NCBI GenBank assembly: GCA_963796685.1
Contig: CAWCMR010000008.1
Location: 384,001 to 448,000, forward strand
DNA: 64,000 bases
Direction of reading: 5' to 3'
Origin: an uncultured delta proteobacterium
Lineage (GTDB): Bacteria; Myxococcota_A; Polyangia; Fen-1088
Shown here: one piece after another, positions 14,678 to 24,935 of the stretch
How positions within the stretch are numbered: the first letter of the stretch is position 1
Layout of the letters: each line of letters starts with the position of its first letter
Notes under the pieces: model-generated
The model's database searches: none
What the model was told of the DNA's origin: nothing
What the model saw: the letters and a program-made list of their open reading frames with translations, nothing else
Made by a program: the position numbers and the translations under genes

Positions 14678-15235
14678 CTATAGGAAACGGGGGACGCGCG
14701 CCTGCTTTCGTGGCCTCAAGACTTTGAGAAATTCCTCCGATCCCCAGGCCAGGCAGTCGAGCGCGTTATCGTTGATCTCACCGTCCTCGCGCAAGACGCC
14801 GTGTTGGGCATGAACCTTCACGATTTCGGCGACGAAGAGATCGTGACTGCCGAGCGGCAAGGTATGCCGGACCTGGCACTCGAGGTTGATCGGGCACTCG
14901 GCGATGAGGGGCGCCGTGACGACCGAGGGGGGGTGCTTGGCCAACCCCAAGGCCGCAAATTTGTCGCTGTCCCGCCCGGAGGTCGTGCCACACAGCTCGA
15001 CCGCATGGATCTGTCTGGAAGTCGGGATATTCACGACGAACTCGTTGGTAGCGAGGATGGTGCCGTGGCTGTGGCGCGATTTGCGTAGCGACACGGTGAC
15101 CATGGGTGGCGTCGTGCACGCCACGCCGGCCCAGCTGATGGTCAAGATATTGTCTCTGCCTTGGTGGTCGCGCGTCGTCACCAGCAGCACCGGTCGAGGG
15201 AAGAACCAGGGTCGGGGAACGATCTTTTTCTTCAT
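14678..15235 (-). CDS. Flavin reductase family protein
   Basis: FPRPVLLVTT, NILTISW, EFVVNIP, CGTTSGRDSDKF, IAECPINLEC, GSHDLFVAEI. Confidence 0.9.
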   Translation of the reverse strand: MKKKIVPRPWFFPRPVLLVTTRDHQGRDNILTISWAGVACTTPPMVTVSLRKSRHSHGTILATNEFVVNIPTSRQIHAVELCGTTSGRDSDKFAALGLAKHPPSVVTAPLIAECPINLECQVRHTLPLGSHDLFVAEIVKVHAQHGVLREDGEINDNALDCLAWGSEEFLKVLRPRKQARVPRFL

Positions 15236-15366
15236 GAGATTGCAAGGCTCGGCAAGGTGAACGAGGTTACCAGTCGAAGCGATGAGATTCCAATGCTCAC
15301 GGCCGATCGTTGCACAGCCGAAACCCTCTCCCCAAGCCACGAAAACCGCGTCCTCGCGGATACCGG

Positions 15367-16653
15367 CTAAGGGGCCGAGGGCCGCGCCGTCCGTCCCTGC
15401 ACGACATAGGCGATGGCGCCAACACCCAGGGTTGCGAGCCCGATGAGTCCTTCGACGGGTCGCTGCACCACGGTGAAGATCGTCGCGCCCACGACGAAGG
15501 AAAGAAACAAGCCGGGCACCCATGGCCAGCCCGGTACGGGCAAGGCCCGCCCCTCCTTGAGACGCAGTCGGCACAACCCGATGATGGTGGCGACCGTGCT
15601 GATGCCCAGGGTGAAACCGACGTAGGTAAGAATGTGCTCGAAGGTTGCCGTCCATAGCGCCAGGAGGCCGAGCGCGAGCTGCGCGAGCAGTGCCAGGCGC
15701 GGCGGACGCCCGGCCGAGGCGGCGAAGACGCGGGGAAGCAGCCCGTCGCGCGCCATGCGCGCGGCCACCTGCGGACCGGTCATGGTCAGCGCGGACACGC
15801 AAAGGGCCAAGGCCAGCGCCACCAGGGCCGATACGGCAGCGGCCAGGCGCGGTCCCCCGACGGCGGCGGCCGCCACGTGCGCCACATCGATGCGACCCGC
15901 CAGCAACGACGGTGGTGCCGCAAACACGAAGAAGGCGTTCAGGGCCATGTATAGGATCGTGACGATCGAGGTGCCAAGGATGAGCGAGCGGGGCAGATTG
16001 CGTTTGGGATTCTTGACCTCGCCACCGATGTAGACGGCGGCGTTCCAGCCGAGGTAGCTGAAGGACACCAAGACCAAGGCCAGTCCCAACCTCCCGACAT
16101 GCCCCGTCTCCCCCGTGGCGTGGAAACCGTTCGGGTAGAGCCGCCCGAGACCGAAGGAGGCGAAGAGGGTAATGAGCACCACCTCGGCCACGACGATCGC
16201 GGCCTGGATGCGCGCGCCGAGGGACACCGAACCGAAGTGCAGGAGGGACGCCCCGATCATTAGGACTGTCGCGGCCAGACGTGGGCTCAGCCCGGCGGGC
16301 AGCCAGGGTCGCATGTACTCGGCGAAGGCGAAGGCCAGGGCGCCCAGCGGGACCGCGAAGCCGACGATGAGCGAAAGCCAGCCCGCCACATAGGCCACCG
16401 CCGGGTGCAGCGTGCGCGACAGGAAGACGTACTCGCCCCCCGATTCGGGAATTCGCTGGGCCAAGGCGCCGTAGCAAAGCGCCCCCAAGAGCGCGACGAC
16501 GCCTCCGAGCAGCCAAGTGACAAGCACCAGCCACGGCGAACCGAGGATATCCATCAGAATGCCGCTGGTGGTGAACACACCGGTTCCCACCATGTTGGCC
16601 ACCACCAGCGCGGTGGCGGCCCCTGGACCGAGTCGTCTCTCTCCGTCGCACAT
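15367..16653 (-). CDS. APC family amino acid permease
   Basis: VVANMVGTGVFTTSG, GALCYGALAQRIPESGGEY, FSYLGWNAAVYIGGEVKNP; many TM segments. Confidence 0.9.
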   Translation of the reverse strand: MCDGERRLGPGAATALVVANMVGTGVFTTSGILMDILGSPWLVLVTWLLGGVVALLGALCYGALAQRIPESGGEYVFLSRTLHPAVAYVAGWLSLIVGFAVPLGALAFAFAEYMRPWLPAGLSPRLAATVLMIGASLLHFGSVSLGARIQAAIVVAEVVLITLFASFGLGRLYPNGFHATGETGHVGRLGLALVLVSFSYLGWNAAVYIGGEVKNPKRNLPRSLILGTSIVTILYMALNAFFVFAAPPSLLAGRIDVAHVAAAAVGGPRLAAAVSALVALALALCVSALTMTGPQVAARMARDGLLPRVFAASAGRPPRLALLAQLALGLLALWTATFEHILTYVGFTLGISTVATIIGLCRLRLKEGRALPVPGWPWVPGLFLSFVVGATIFTVVQRPVEGLIGLATLGVGAIAYVVQGRTARPSAP

Positions 16654-16736
16654 GCGCTGCCAGTACAGCACAGCCGAGCACGCACGGCGACAACCTTCTA
16701 CGCGCGAGCGGGAGAGACGCGAGACGCGAAGCTGGC

Positions 16737-17381
16737 CTACTTGCGTTCCTGATGCTGAAGGCGCCCCACGAATGCCAGCCAGCGCGCCCGTTCGCTGTCG
16801 CCGGCATTCACGATTTCGACGCCCACGCCGAACTGGGCCTGCGTGTCGTCCGCGCTTTCCTGAACCCGGGTCACGCGCCCGTGCACCACCGCGCTCTCCG
16901 CGCCGGCTGAGACCGCCAGGCGCAAGACGTCGCCCACCGCCAGCAACAGCGACGTGGCGAGCAGCACCCCGTTCGCGCTCAGGTTCTCGGTCCATCCGGG
17001 CATGTCCTCTTGCCCAAGGGACAAGGTCACCGACGAGGTCACCACGCATACCGACACCGGCAACCGTGCCGCGATTCGGACGGGATTGCGCCTGGGATCC
17101 GCGCCGAGCGGCGACAGGCGCTTGAAGGTCACCGTGACCGGCGGGCCTGCGGCCACGCGCAGAACCTGGCCGACGGCGGTGAACTGTCCCGACGGGGTCC
17201 GGTAGCGCACGGTCGCCTGGGCCTCGGACTCCAGACCCTGGGGCGGCGCCAGCAAGTCGGGAAAGGTGAGCAGGACCTCGCTCGGGCGCATGCTCAGCAC
17301 GAATCCGCTCAGGAGGACCGGGTTTTGAAGGTCTTCCATCGAAACCTCCACCCACTGTCCTGCGGCGAGCTGACTCTCCAT
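16737..17381 (-). CDS. PilZ-domain (c-di-GMP binding) protein with YcgR-like N-domain
   Basis: RRNPVR (RxxxR) and NLSANG (D/NxSxxG); C-terminal GRVTRV...FGVGVEI. Confidence 0.8.
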   Translation of the reverse strand: MESQLAAGQWVEVSMEDLQNPVLLSGFVLSMRPSEVLLTFPDLLAPPQGLESEAQATVRYRTPSGQFTAVGQVLRVAAGPPVTVTFKRLSPLGADPRRNPVRIAARLPVSVCVVTSSVTLSLGQEDMPGWTENLSANGVLLATSLLLAVGDVLRLAVSAGAESAVVHGRVTRVQESADDTQAQFGVGVEIVNAGDSERARWLAFVGRLQHQERK

Positions 17382-17649
17382 ATTTCCTTTTCGATTCGGG
17401 TGGCCGTCCGCACGGCTGACGGCTGTCGCACCGTCGGCGATTCGCGCTCCCTTTGAGCATCGGCGTCCGGCTCGAAACCTTGACCCACAAATACGCGGAA
17501 TTCATGAGCAAGGCACACTGACGCATTGATTCCACGGGCATGGGTGGGGCCTATCACTGCCGAACCCGTGATTCCTCGCACTTGCTCTATTTTGCCAGGC
17601 AGTGCAGTTTACCGCCTTTGATTCATCCCCAGGCAAAGGAACCAAGCGC

Positions 17650-18309
17650 GTGCAAGCACTCATGGACCTGTTCCACCAAGTCTACAATGTTCGAGGAATC
17701 ATCGAATGGGGCGGCATGGCCGCGCTGGTCGCGGTCATCTTCTCCGAGACCGGCCTCTTGGTGGGCTTCTTTCTGCCGGGCGATTCCCTGTTGGTGACCG
17801 CGGGCGTGTTCTGCACCTCGGCCAACCCGACGGGAAAGCCGCTGCTCAACATCCTGTGGCTCAACCTCGCGGTGGGCATTGCCGCTGTCCTGGGCGATCA
17901 GGTGGGGTTCTATATCGGGCGAAAGACCGGGCCCAAGCTCTTCAAGAGGGAAAACTCCCTGCTCTTCAACAAGAAGCACCTCGTGCGCACGCACGAATTC
18001 TACGAGCGCCACGGTGGCAAAACCATCATCATCGCGCGTTTCATGCCCATCATCCGCACCTTCGCGCCCGTCGTCGCCGGCGTGGGCGACATGAACTACC
18101 GCCGCTTCGTCAGCTACAACGTCTTCGGCGGCATCGGCTGGGTGATGAGCATGACCGGGATCGGCTACGGACTGGCCTCGGTGTGGCCGGACGTGACCAA
18201 ACACATCGAGAAGCTTATCATCCTGGTCATCTTCCTATCGCTGCTGCCTGGTATGATCGCTTACCTGCGCAACCACTTGGCCAAACGGAATGAAAAACCG
18301 GCAACCTGA
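17650..18309 (+). CDS. dedA: DedA/VTT family membrane protein
   Basis: FSETGLLVGFFLPGDSLL, GDQVGF, IIIARFMPIIRTFAP; GTG start after AAAGGA. Confidence 0.93.
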   Translation: MQALMDLFHQVYNVRGIIEWGGMAALVAVIFSETGLLVGFFLPGDSLLVTAGVFCTSANPTGKPLLNILWLNLAVGIAAVLGDQVGFYIGRKTGPKLFKRENSLLFNKKHLVRTHEFYERHGGKTIIIARFMPIIRTFAPVVAGVGDMNYRRFVSYNVFGGIGWVMSMTGIGYGLASVWPDVTKHIEKLIILVIFLSLLPGMIAYLRNHLAKRNEKPAT

Positions 18310-18796
18310 AAAGAAACGCCACACCGCACCCGCCAGCACCAAGACGAGCCCACCGGTTGCCACGAAGCCGCCCAAGGTCGCCTTTCCCAAGAAGAACCAA
18401 CCGCCCACCGCTGCTGCCTTCGCGGCTCGCCTGCCGCTGACCCTCGGCAAGCGCTTCGAGATGGCGCGTTCCTTTCTCTTGCGGCAGGAAAAGGTACGCG
18501 AAGACGTCTATTTCTACGGCCCGAAGACTGGCTGGGCTTTGCGCTACCTCGTCGGCGAGAAGCCCCTGTGCTCGCTGCTCCTGCACGAAGACTCGCCCGT
18601 GGGGATCGTCGCGCTCTCGGCGTCCGCCACGGCGGCGGTGGACTGGAGAAGTCTGTCGCTGGTCGGCCAACTCGCGCGCAAGCACGCCCACGGCAGCCCA
18701 TCCATGCTGTGGCTGGACGTTCCCTTGGCGGGGCAAGGAGCCGCGGATTTCAAGTCCATCCTTCGCGTCAAGTTGGCGACACTGGCGAGCGACTAA
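18290..18796 (+). CDS. DUF3788-like protein
   Basis: YFYGPKTGWALRY...KPLCSL and C-terminal WLDVPL...DFKSILRVKL pattern. Confidence 0.6.
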   Translation: MKNRQPEKKRHTAPASTKTSPPVATKPPKVAFPKKNQPPTAAAFAARLPLTLGKRFEMARSFLLRQEKVREDVYFYGPKTGWALRYLVGEKPLCSLLLHEDSPVGIVALSASATAAVDWRSLSLVGQLARKHAHGSPSMLWLDVPLAGQGAADFKSILRVKLATLASD

Positions 18797-20367
18797 TTTC
18801 GTTCGTAGAGGACGATGAAGTTGTCGGCCACCGGCTGCCAATGCCATTCCCAATAGCGCTCGACGGGATGGTAGGAGGCCGCGAGCTCGGGTCGCGCGAT
18901 CAGCGCGGTTTCCCCCTGCCAATAGCCCGGATGGTACCAGACGCCCGCCGTGCCCGGCCGCGTGCGCGTGTTGAGAACCACGACCCGAGGTTTGCGGTCA
19001 AGGATGTAGGCCGCATCGAACTTCTGGTGGAGCCCGCCTTCGACCTCCTGGGCGATGTGCCGATCGCAAAGTCCGGTCATGTCGAGGGCGGGGTTGGGCA
19101 AGGCGTAGGGCAAGGCGCCGGCATGATTGACGGCCACCAACGCGTCCGCCGGATACCTGGCGGCGATGAACTTCGCGGCGCCAAGGGCCGCCTGAACCAT
19201 CGTTCCCTCCTGGTAGGCAATGGCCGGCAACCGTTTGCCCGCGAACGCATCTGCCAGAAGCGAGGCGGGTGGCAGGAAACCCGAGCCCGCGAGCGCGCAG
19301 GCCAGGCCCAGAGCCAAGCGGCGGTTGGCCCGCTCGCGCCCGACGGCCGTAGCGGCGAGCGCCACCAGGGACGGAACCACGGGCAAGAGCATGCGTCCGT
19401 GCCACATCCAATCCCCGCCCGCCCCGACCACGGCAACGAGGGCCAGGGTCAAGAAGGCCAGCACGCATCGGATCCTCCGACCCGCGATCCCCGCCAACCA
19501 GAGCGCCAGCGTGGTCGCCGCGAGCAATGCAAGCGCCGGCGAGGCATAGAGGATCCCTGATTCCAGCCTGAAGAGAAGCTGGCCCGTGGCCTTCGCATAG
19601 TACGTGTTGGGCAACCACGCGCCGTAGTAGGCGCGTCGAAACATGAACCAGGCCGCGGCCGGGCCGAGACCAAGGGTGAGGAAGCTCGGCCGAACCGCCG
19701 CCGGCCCGTGGGCCAGCCGGGCGAGCACGGCCAAGGCGCAGGCGAGGAGCGGCCCTTCCGGTCGCGCCAATCCCAAGAGTGCCGCCGCCAGCGACCACCG
19801 CCACGGCGAAGAAGCCACCAGGGTCCATGCCCCGAACGTGACGAGCGCGGCGAACAGAGCCGTTTCGAGGCCAGCCGGCGCCCAGAAGTAAAGCGGGTAC
19901 ACCAGCGAGGTCGCGGCGCAAGCGGCGGCGGCAACCACGCGGCTCTGCGCGCTCTCGAGGGCGAACCGATGCACCAGCACCAGGCACAGGGCCGAGCAGG
20001 CGACACCAAGAGCTCCCGCGAAGGTGGTCAGCTCGGCCCCGAACGCCTTCCCTAGCACCAGGAGCCCCAGCCACAGCGGCGAGGAATAGCCCTCGACGTG
20101 CTCGCCTCGATTCCACACCGGCCCGAGCCCGGCCACGAGGTTGTCGGCGTAGCGAAATGCGATGAACGCGTCGTCGCAAATTTGCTGCCAGTGCTGGCGG
20201 GTCAGCGCGACGAAGCACAGAATCGCCGCCCCGAGCAGGGCCCGCTCGGCCAGCCCCAAAACACCTCGCCCCGCGCAGCGGGGAGAGGTCGCCGAGCGCA
20301 GCGAGGCGGGTGAGGGGCTGTCCGAAGGATCCGGGCCTTCGGCCCGGCGGCGGGACCGGCGTGACAA
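18793..20367 (-). CDS. GT-C type integral membrane glycosyltransferase (AftB-like)
   Basis: DDAFIAFRYADNL..G.G.VWN.GEHVEGYSSPLW, GLETALF, RPEG, LPNTYYAK; start uncertain (TTG 20367 or TTG 20259). Confidence 0.75.
   Translation of the reverse strand: MSRRSRRRAEGPDPSDSPSPASLRSATSPRCAGRGVLGLAERALLGAAILCFVALTRQHWQQICDDAFIAFRYADNLVAGLGPVWNRGEHVEGYSSPLWLGLLVLGKAFGAELTTFAGALGVACSALCLVLVHRFALESAQSRVVAAAACAATSLVYPLYFWAPAGLETALFAALVTFGAWTLVASSPWRWSLAAALLGLARPEGPLLACALAVLARLAHGPAAVRPSFLTLGLGPAAAWFMFRRAYYGAWLPNTYYAKATGQLLFRLESGILYASPALALLAATTLALWLAGIAGRRIRCVLAFLTLALVAVVGAGGDWMWHGRMLLPVVPSLVALAATAVGRERANRRLALGLACALAGSGFLPPASLLADAFAGKRLPAIAYQEGTMVQAALGAAKFIAARYPADALVAVNHAGALPYALPNPALDMTGLCDRHIAQEVEGGLHQKFDAAYILDRKPRVVVLNTRTRPGTAGVWYHPGYWQGETALIARPELAASYHPVERYWEWHWQPVADNFIVLYERN
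20262..20317. repeat. REP-like GC-rich palindrome
   Basis: ACCTCGCCCCGC-GCA-GCGGGGAGAGGT hairpin followed by CGCCGAGCGCAGCGAGGCGGGTGAGGGG. Confidence 0.6.
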
Positions 20368-20371
20368 GGCA

Positions 20372-21397
20372 CTATTCCCTCGCCTCCTTCGTCTTGGCCT
20401 TGGGCAGCGGGCGGGTGCGCGGGTGGCGCACGCTGAACGCGGGCTTCTGGTTGGGGTCGCAATGGGGACCGAACCCATCCGCTTTGAAATCGTAGCCCAG
20501 TCGGCCGCGCATCCCCCCCTTGACGGCCTCGATCTCCACATTGTGCTGGCCGGCCCGCGCTGGCGAGCAGTACGAGAGCAGATAGTAGCGACGTGAATAG
20601 CCCTCGATGCGCGTGCCGATCTCGTCAAAGCCGCGCCGGATATCGGCCGGATTCTTCGAGGTGAAGGTTCCGTTGCGCCCGATGGCGCGGATCTCCTGTT
20701 CGTTGACCTCCGACCCCACCGCGATGGCGTAGACCTCGACATCGACGTCGTTCAGGGCCTCGTGCAGGGCGTCCCGCGAAACGCGGGCGGCGTGGTCGGT
20801 GCCATCGGTGAAAACCACCAGCGTGCCGAAGCGCAGGGGGACCGACGACTGGCTCATCTGGTGGTCGAGGGTCTTGATCGCCTCGATCACCGCGCCGTTG
20901 AGATTCGTCGAGGGATCCTTGGACTGGTAGCCCGCGAAGGCGCGCAAGGTGGCCTGCGGATCCCCGCCGCCGAAAGGAACGACCTGCGCGATGTGGGGAC
21001 TTCCGTCGAAGGCGTAAATGCCGAGCTTCTGGTACCGCCCGACCTGCTGCGCGAAGGAGGCCGCCCCCGCCACGACCTTGTCCAGATCCGGGGAGCCGAC
21101 CACGCTCCCGCTCATGTCAACGAGGAGCAAGGTGTAGTGCGCGGCAGCCACTTCAGGTTGCAAGATGGTTTGCTGGCTCTCGAAGATCGACACGGGTTGG
21201 CCGTCTTCGTAGATGTGGAAGTCGGCTGGCGTCAAATCCGGCACCGGAGCGCCCCGCGAGGTGTCCACGGTGAAGTAGACGGCGATGTTCGACGGCTTTT
21301 GCACGGAACGGTCGACCATCTGCAGCTTCAGGCTGGCACAGCCCGCGCCCGAGACAGCCGTGGCAAGCACAAAAACGTGAAGGAATTTCGCGTGCAT
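20372..21397 (-). CDS. VWA-domain lipoprotein
   Basis: Lipobox-like GAGC; DFHIYEDGQP; MIDAS DMSGS, STNLNGA, VVFTDG; YYLLSYCSP. Confidence 0.85.
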   Translation of the reverse strand: MHAKFLHVFVLATAVSGAGCASLKLQMVDRSVQKPSNIAVYFTVDTSRGAPVPDLTPADFHIYEDGQPVSIFESQQTILQPEVAAAHYTLLLVDMSGSVVGSPDLDKVVAGAASFAQQVGRYQKLGIYAFDGSPHIAQVVPFGGGDPQATLRAFAGYQSKDPSTNLNGAVIEAIKTLDHQMSQSSVPLRFGTLVVFTDGTDHAARVSRDALHEALNDVDVEVYAIAVGSEVNEQEIRAIGRNGTFTSKNPADIRRGFDEIGTRIEGYSRRYYLLSYCSPARAGQHNVEIEAVKGGMRGRLGYDFKADGFGPHCDPNQKPAFSVRHPRTRPLPKAKTKEARE

Positions 21398-21516
21398 GGC
21401 GCGAAGTATAGACCTGGCGCGGGCAGGAAAAACAAGGCATCTTTCGAGACGAAGTTCCTCCTGTCCGACATTCCTCGGATGAGGGCCTACCGAAAAATTC
21501 AAGCGTCGGAGCTGCC

Positions 21517-23691
21517 ATGGCTGCATTTGGAAACCTAACGCTTTTAGTCTCTTTTGTAGTTGCCGCACTGGCCGGTGTCACCTCGTTCGTGGGAATCCGC
21601 CGCGGCTCGGAGCGGCTCATGCGTGCCGGCCGCGCAGCGGTCTACCTACTCGCCACCACCCTCGCCATGTCCATCGCGGCCATGGCGCACGCCTTCACGT
21701 CGAGTGATTTCTCCATCAAGTACGTCCAGCACTACTCCGAGGCGGGGCAACCCTTCGCCTACAAGCTGACCGCGGTGTGGGGCGGCCTCGACGGGTCAAT
21801 CCTGTTTTGGGTGTTCTTGCTCGCCATTTGCTCGGCCATCGCGGTCAGGACGCTGTGGCGACGCGAGCCCGCCATCACCGCCTACGCCATCACCGTGCTG
21901 ATGGGCGCATGCGACTTCTTCATCTACCTCGTGGTCTACGAGAAGAACCCGTTCGACACCTTCCTGGTGTCCCAACCGGCCACCGGCCAGGGCATGAATC
22001 CCCTGTTGCAGAATCCCTACATGGTCGCGCACCCGCCGTCGCTCTACGCGGGCTTCGTCGGGCTGACCATTCCCTACGCCTTTGCCATGGGCGCGCTCAT
22101 GGCGGGCAAGTTCGGCAACGTGTGGTACCCGCTGATCAAGCGCTGGCTGCTCTCGGCCTGGTTCGTGCTGTCGCTGGGACTGACCCTCGGCATGATCTGG
22201 GCCTACGAGGTCTTGGGTTGGGGCGGTTTCTGGGCCTGGGATCCGGTCGAGAACGCCGGCCTTCTGCCCTGGCTCATGGCCACGGCCCTCATCCACTCGG
22301 CCAAGGTGCAAGAGCGCCGCGGGCTCTACGTACGCTGGAACTTCACGCTGGTCATCTTCGCCTTCTTCCTGACCATCGTCGGCACCTTCATGACCCGGTC
22401 GGGAATCGTGCAGTCGGTTCACGCCTTCGGCAAGGACATCCACCTGGCCTACGTCTTCGGCGCCTTCATGGCGGTCATCCTGATCTTCAGCTTCGGGTTG
22501 ATGTACTGGCGGCGGCGGGAGCTGCGCCCCTCGGAGGCCATCGGTTCGATCCTCTCGCGCGAATCCATGCTCGGCATCGGCAATTGGTGCTTCGTCCTTG
22601 CGACGGCCATCGTGCTGGTTGCCACCCTCTTCCCGACCATTTCCGAATCCATCATGCACGAACGCGTGAACGTGACGTCCGCCTTCTTCAATCGCACCAT
22701 GGTGCCGGTCGGCATCGTGTTGCTGCTTCTGACCGGCACCGGCTCGCTCTTTCCCTGGCGGGGCATGGAGAAGACCGTGGCCCGAAGGCGCGCCCTGCTG
22801 CCCGTCGGAGCCGGAGCGGTCATGCTGGTGGTGAGCGGCATCATGGGTGGACGTCAGTCTCCGGCCGCCGTGATCTGCTTCGCGGTTTGTGCCTTCGTCG
22901 CCACCGTCATCGTCCAGGAGCTCGTGCGCGGCGCGCGCAGTCGGCAAAAGACCAGCGGCGATTCCTTCCCCGTGGCCATGGGCGGCGTGATCTTCAAGGC
23001 TCGTCAGCCGTACGCCGGCTACATCGTGCACATGGGCCTGGTGCTGATGTTCGTGGGCTTCGCGGGCCAGGCCTTCCAACACGAAGAAACCGCGGTGATC
23101 GGGGTGGGCGAGAGCAAGGACTTCGGTTCCTACAAACTGCGTTTCGACGGCATGACCCAAGGACGCGACCTCATCAAGGAAAGCTATCGCGCCGACATCG
23201 CGGTCTCGTCCGACGGCAAGAGCCTGGGCCACCTGAAGCCGGGACGCGACTTCTACGATCAGCGCCCGAACGAGCCCGTCAGCCAGGTGGCCATCAGGCG
23301 CGGTGTCGCCGAGGATCTCTATATTACCCTCGGCAGCTACGATGAGGCCCGGCGCGCGGTGGCGCTCAAGCTGGTGCGCAATCCCCTGGTGGACTGGCTG
23401 TGGCTGGGATTCCTGGTCATGGCTTTCGGCGCCCTCCTCATCCTGGTACCCGCGCGCGCCCAGGAAGCCGAGGCCGGCCACCGCTCGCTGTGGGTCACCC
23501 TCGCCGCCGGGCTGGGCATGGCTGCACTCGCGGCCCTGGCGGGCAAGGCGATCCTGCACATGCCCGTCTCGGCCCAACTAGGAACCCTGGCCTTGTGCGG
23601 CCTCACGGTCGGACTGGCCGGGCTGGCCTGCTACAGCTTGCTGCAGTCGCTGATGGTGCCTGGCGAGGATTCGGGCACCAAGGCGCGGTAG
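21517..23691 (+). CDS. ccmF: Cytochrome c biogenesis heme lyase CcmF
   Basis: WGGLDGSILFW, GMNPLLQNPYM..HPP, WGGFWAWDPVEN, TRSG...SVHAF, NPLVDWLW. Confidence 0.95.
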   Translation: MAAFGNLTLLVSFVVAALAGVTSFVGIRRGSERLMRAGRAAVYLLATTLAMSIAAMAHAFTSSDFSIKYVQHYSEAGQPFAYKLTAVWGGLDGSILFWVFLLAICSAIAVRTLWRREPAITAYAITVLMGACDFFIYLVVYEKNPFDTFLVSQPATGQGMNPLLQNPYMVAHPPSLYAGFVGLTIPYAFAMGALMAGKFGNVWYPLIKRWLLSAWFVLSLGLTLGMIWAYEVLGWGGFWAWDPVENAGLLPWLMATALIHSAKVQERRGLYVRWNFTLVIFAFFLTIVGTFMTRSGIVQSVHAFGKDIHLAYVFGAFMAVILIFSFGLMYWRRRELRPSEAIGSILSRESMLGIGNWCFVLATAIVLVATLFPTISESIMHERVNVTSAFFNRTMVPVGIVLLLLTGTGSLFPWRGMEKTVARRRALLPVGAGAVMLVVSGIMGGRQSPAAVICFAVCAFVATVIVQELVRGARSRQKTSGDSFPVAMGGVIFKARQPYAGYIVHMGLVLMFVGFAGQAFQHEETAVIGVGESKDFGSYKLRFDGMTQGRDLIKESYRADIAVSSDGKSLGHLKPGRDFYDQRPNEPVSQVAIRRGVAEDLYITLGSYDEARRAVALKLVRNPLVDWLWLGFLVMAFGALLILVPARAQEAEAGHRSLWVTLAAGLGMAALAALAGKAILHMPVSAQLGTLALCGLTVGLAGLACYSLLQSLMVPGEDSGTKAR

Positions 23692-23722
23692 GGCTGGCGA
23701 GCCTCTGGCGAGGCCGTCCAAC
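23688..23722 (+). repeat. GTAG-type REP-like hairpin at the ccmF stop codon
   Basis: GTAGGGCTGGCGA-GCCTC-TGGC-GAGGC-CGTCCAAC. Confidence 0.4.
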
Positions 23723-23758
23723 CGTTCAGCGACGTCAAGAAGCTGCTAGACTTGCGCC

Positions 23759-24343
23759 ATGCCTTCGGCCACGGCGAAGTCTCGACCCGCCACCTACGAG
23801 GACATCCTGCGTCTTCCTGACCACGTCGTCGGCGAGATCATCGACGGCGACTTGATCGTCTCACCCCGCCCAGCCGCCCGTCACGCGCGCGCCAGCTCCT
23901 CGCTTGGCATCGAGATCGGAGGGCCGTTCGATCATGGCCGCGGCGCGCCTGGCGGGTGGATCATCCTTGACGAACCCGAGCTGCATCTCGGCAAGCAAGT
24001 GCTGGTGCCCGACCTGGCGGGTTGGCGGCGCGAGCGTATGCCCGCCTGTCCCGACGTCGCCTGGTTCTCGCTTGCGCCCGACTGGGCGTGCGAGGTGATC
24101 TCCCCCTCCACCGCCCTGCTCGACCGGACCCGCAAGCAGGACATCTACCGCGAGCACGGCGTGGCTAGGTTGTGGTTTGTCGATCCGGCCACACGCACCA
24201 TCGAGGTTGTCCGTGCCGGCGAGCCAGGCTGGCTGGTCAGCGGCACCTTCGGCGAGGCCGGCGAGGCTCGCATTCCACCCTTCGATGCGGTGGCACTGAA
24301 CCTCGGTGCGCTATGGGACATCGGACCCGCCCCAACGCCGTGA
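23759..24343 (+). CDS. Uma2 family endonuclease
   Basis: EIIDGDLIVSPRP, GGWIILDEPELHL, VPDLAGWRRER, PDWACEVISPST. Confidence 0.93.
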   Translation: MPSATAKSRPATYEDILRLPDHVVGEIIDGDLIVSPRPAARHARASSSLGIEIGGPFDHGRGAPGGWIILDEPELHLGKQVLVPDLAGWRRERMPACPDVAWFSLAPDWACEVISPSTALLDRTRKQDIYREHGVARLWFVDPATRTIEVVRAGEPGWLVSGTFGEAGEARIPPFDAVALNLGALWDIGPAPTP

Positions 24344-24935
24344 TGTGCAATAACTACGCTCCGCACAATCAAGGCTGGTGTCGACACAAAAGTAGCCTTG
24401 CCAAGAGTCACATTTTATCTCAGGATTCGCCGCTATGAGCCATAGTGCTAGCTCCATATTCCGCCGCAATAAAGTCCTTCAAGCAGTCGTTGCCAGCACC
24501 CTCTGGCTGTGCGCGGCCACGCCGGTCCTTGCTGCGAGCAAGCAGGCACGGGAACGCACCGCGAGAACGGCATGCCTTAACGGCAACTACACGACGGGCG
24601 TGTCCATCCTTTCGGACCTATTCGTCGACACCAAAGATGCAACCTACATCTTCAACCAAGGCCGTTGCTTTGAACAGAACCAGCGGTACGAAGATGCGAT
24701 TGGCCGTTTCGAGGAGTATATGCGGGCAGCCGAAGCATCGCGCTCCGGCCTCGCTCCGGAGGACAAAGCCGCCGCCGACAAACACATCGCGAAGTGCAAA
24801 GAGCTGCTCGCCGAGCAACTCGGCAAGTCGGCCACGCCAACAGCACCACAGACTTTCTCGCCGCCAGCGCCTGCGCCCGCCGCGGCACCCGCACCGGCAC
24901 CGCGACCAGAAGCAACGCCAGTACCGCTCATTTCC

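Noticed and set aside
23759-24343. Uma2 nuclease or the 338..1069 exonuclease as part of a defence island
   Set aside because: Both are common stand-alone genes and have no defence-type neighbours here
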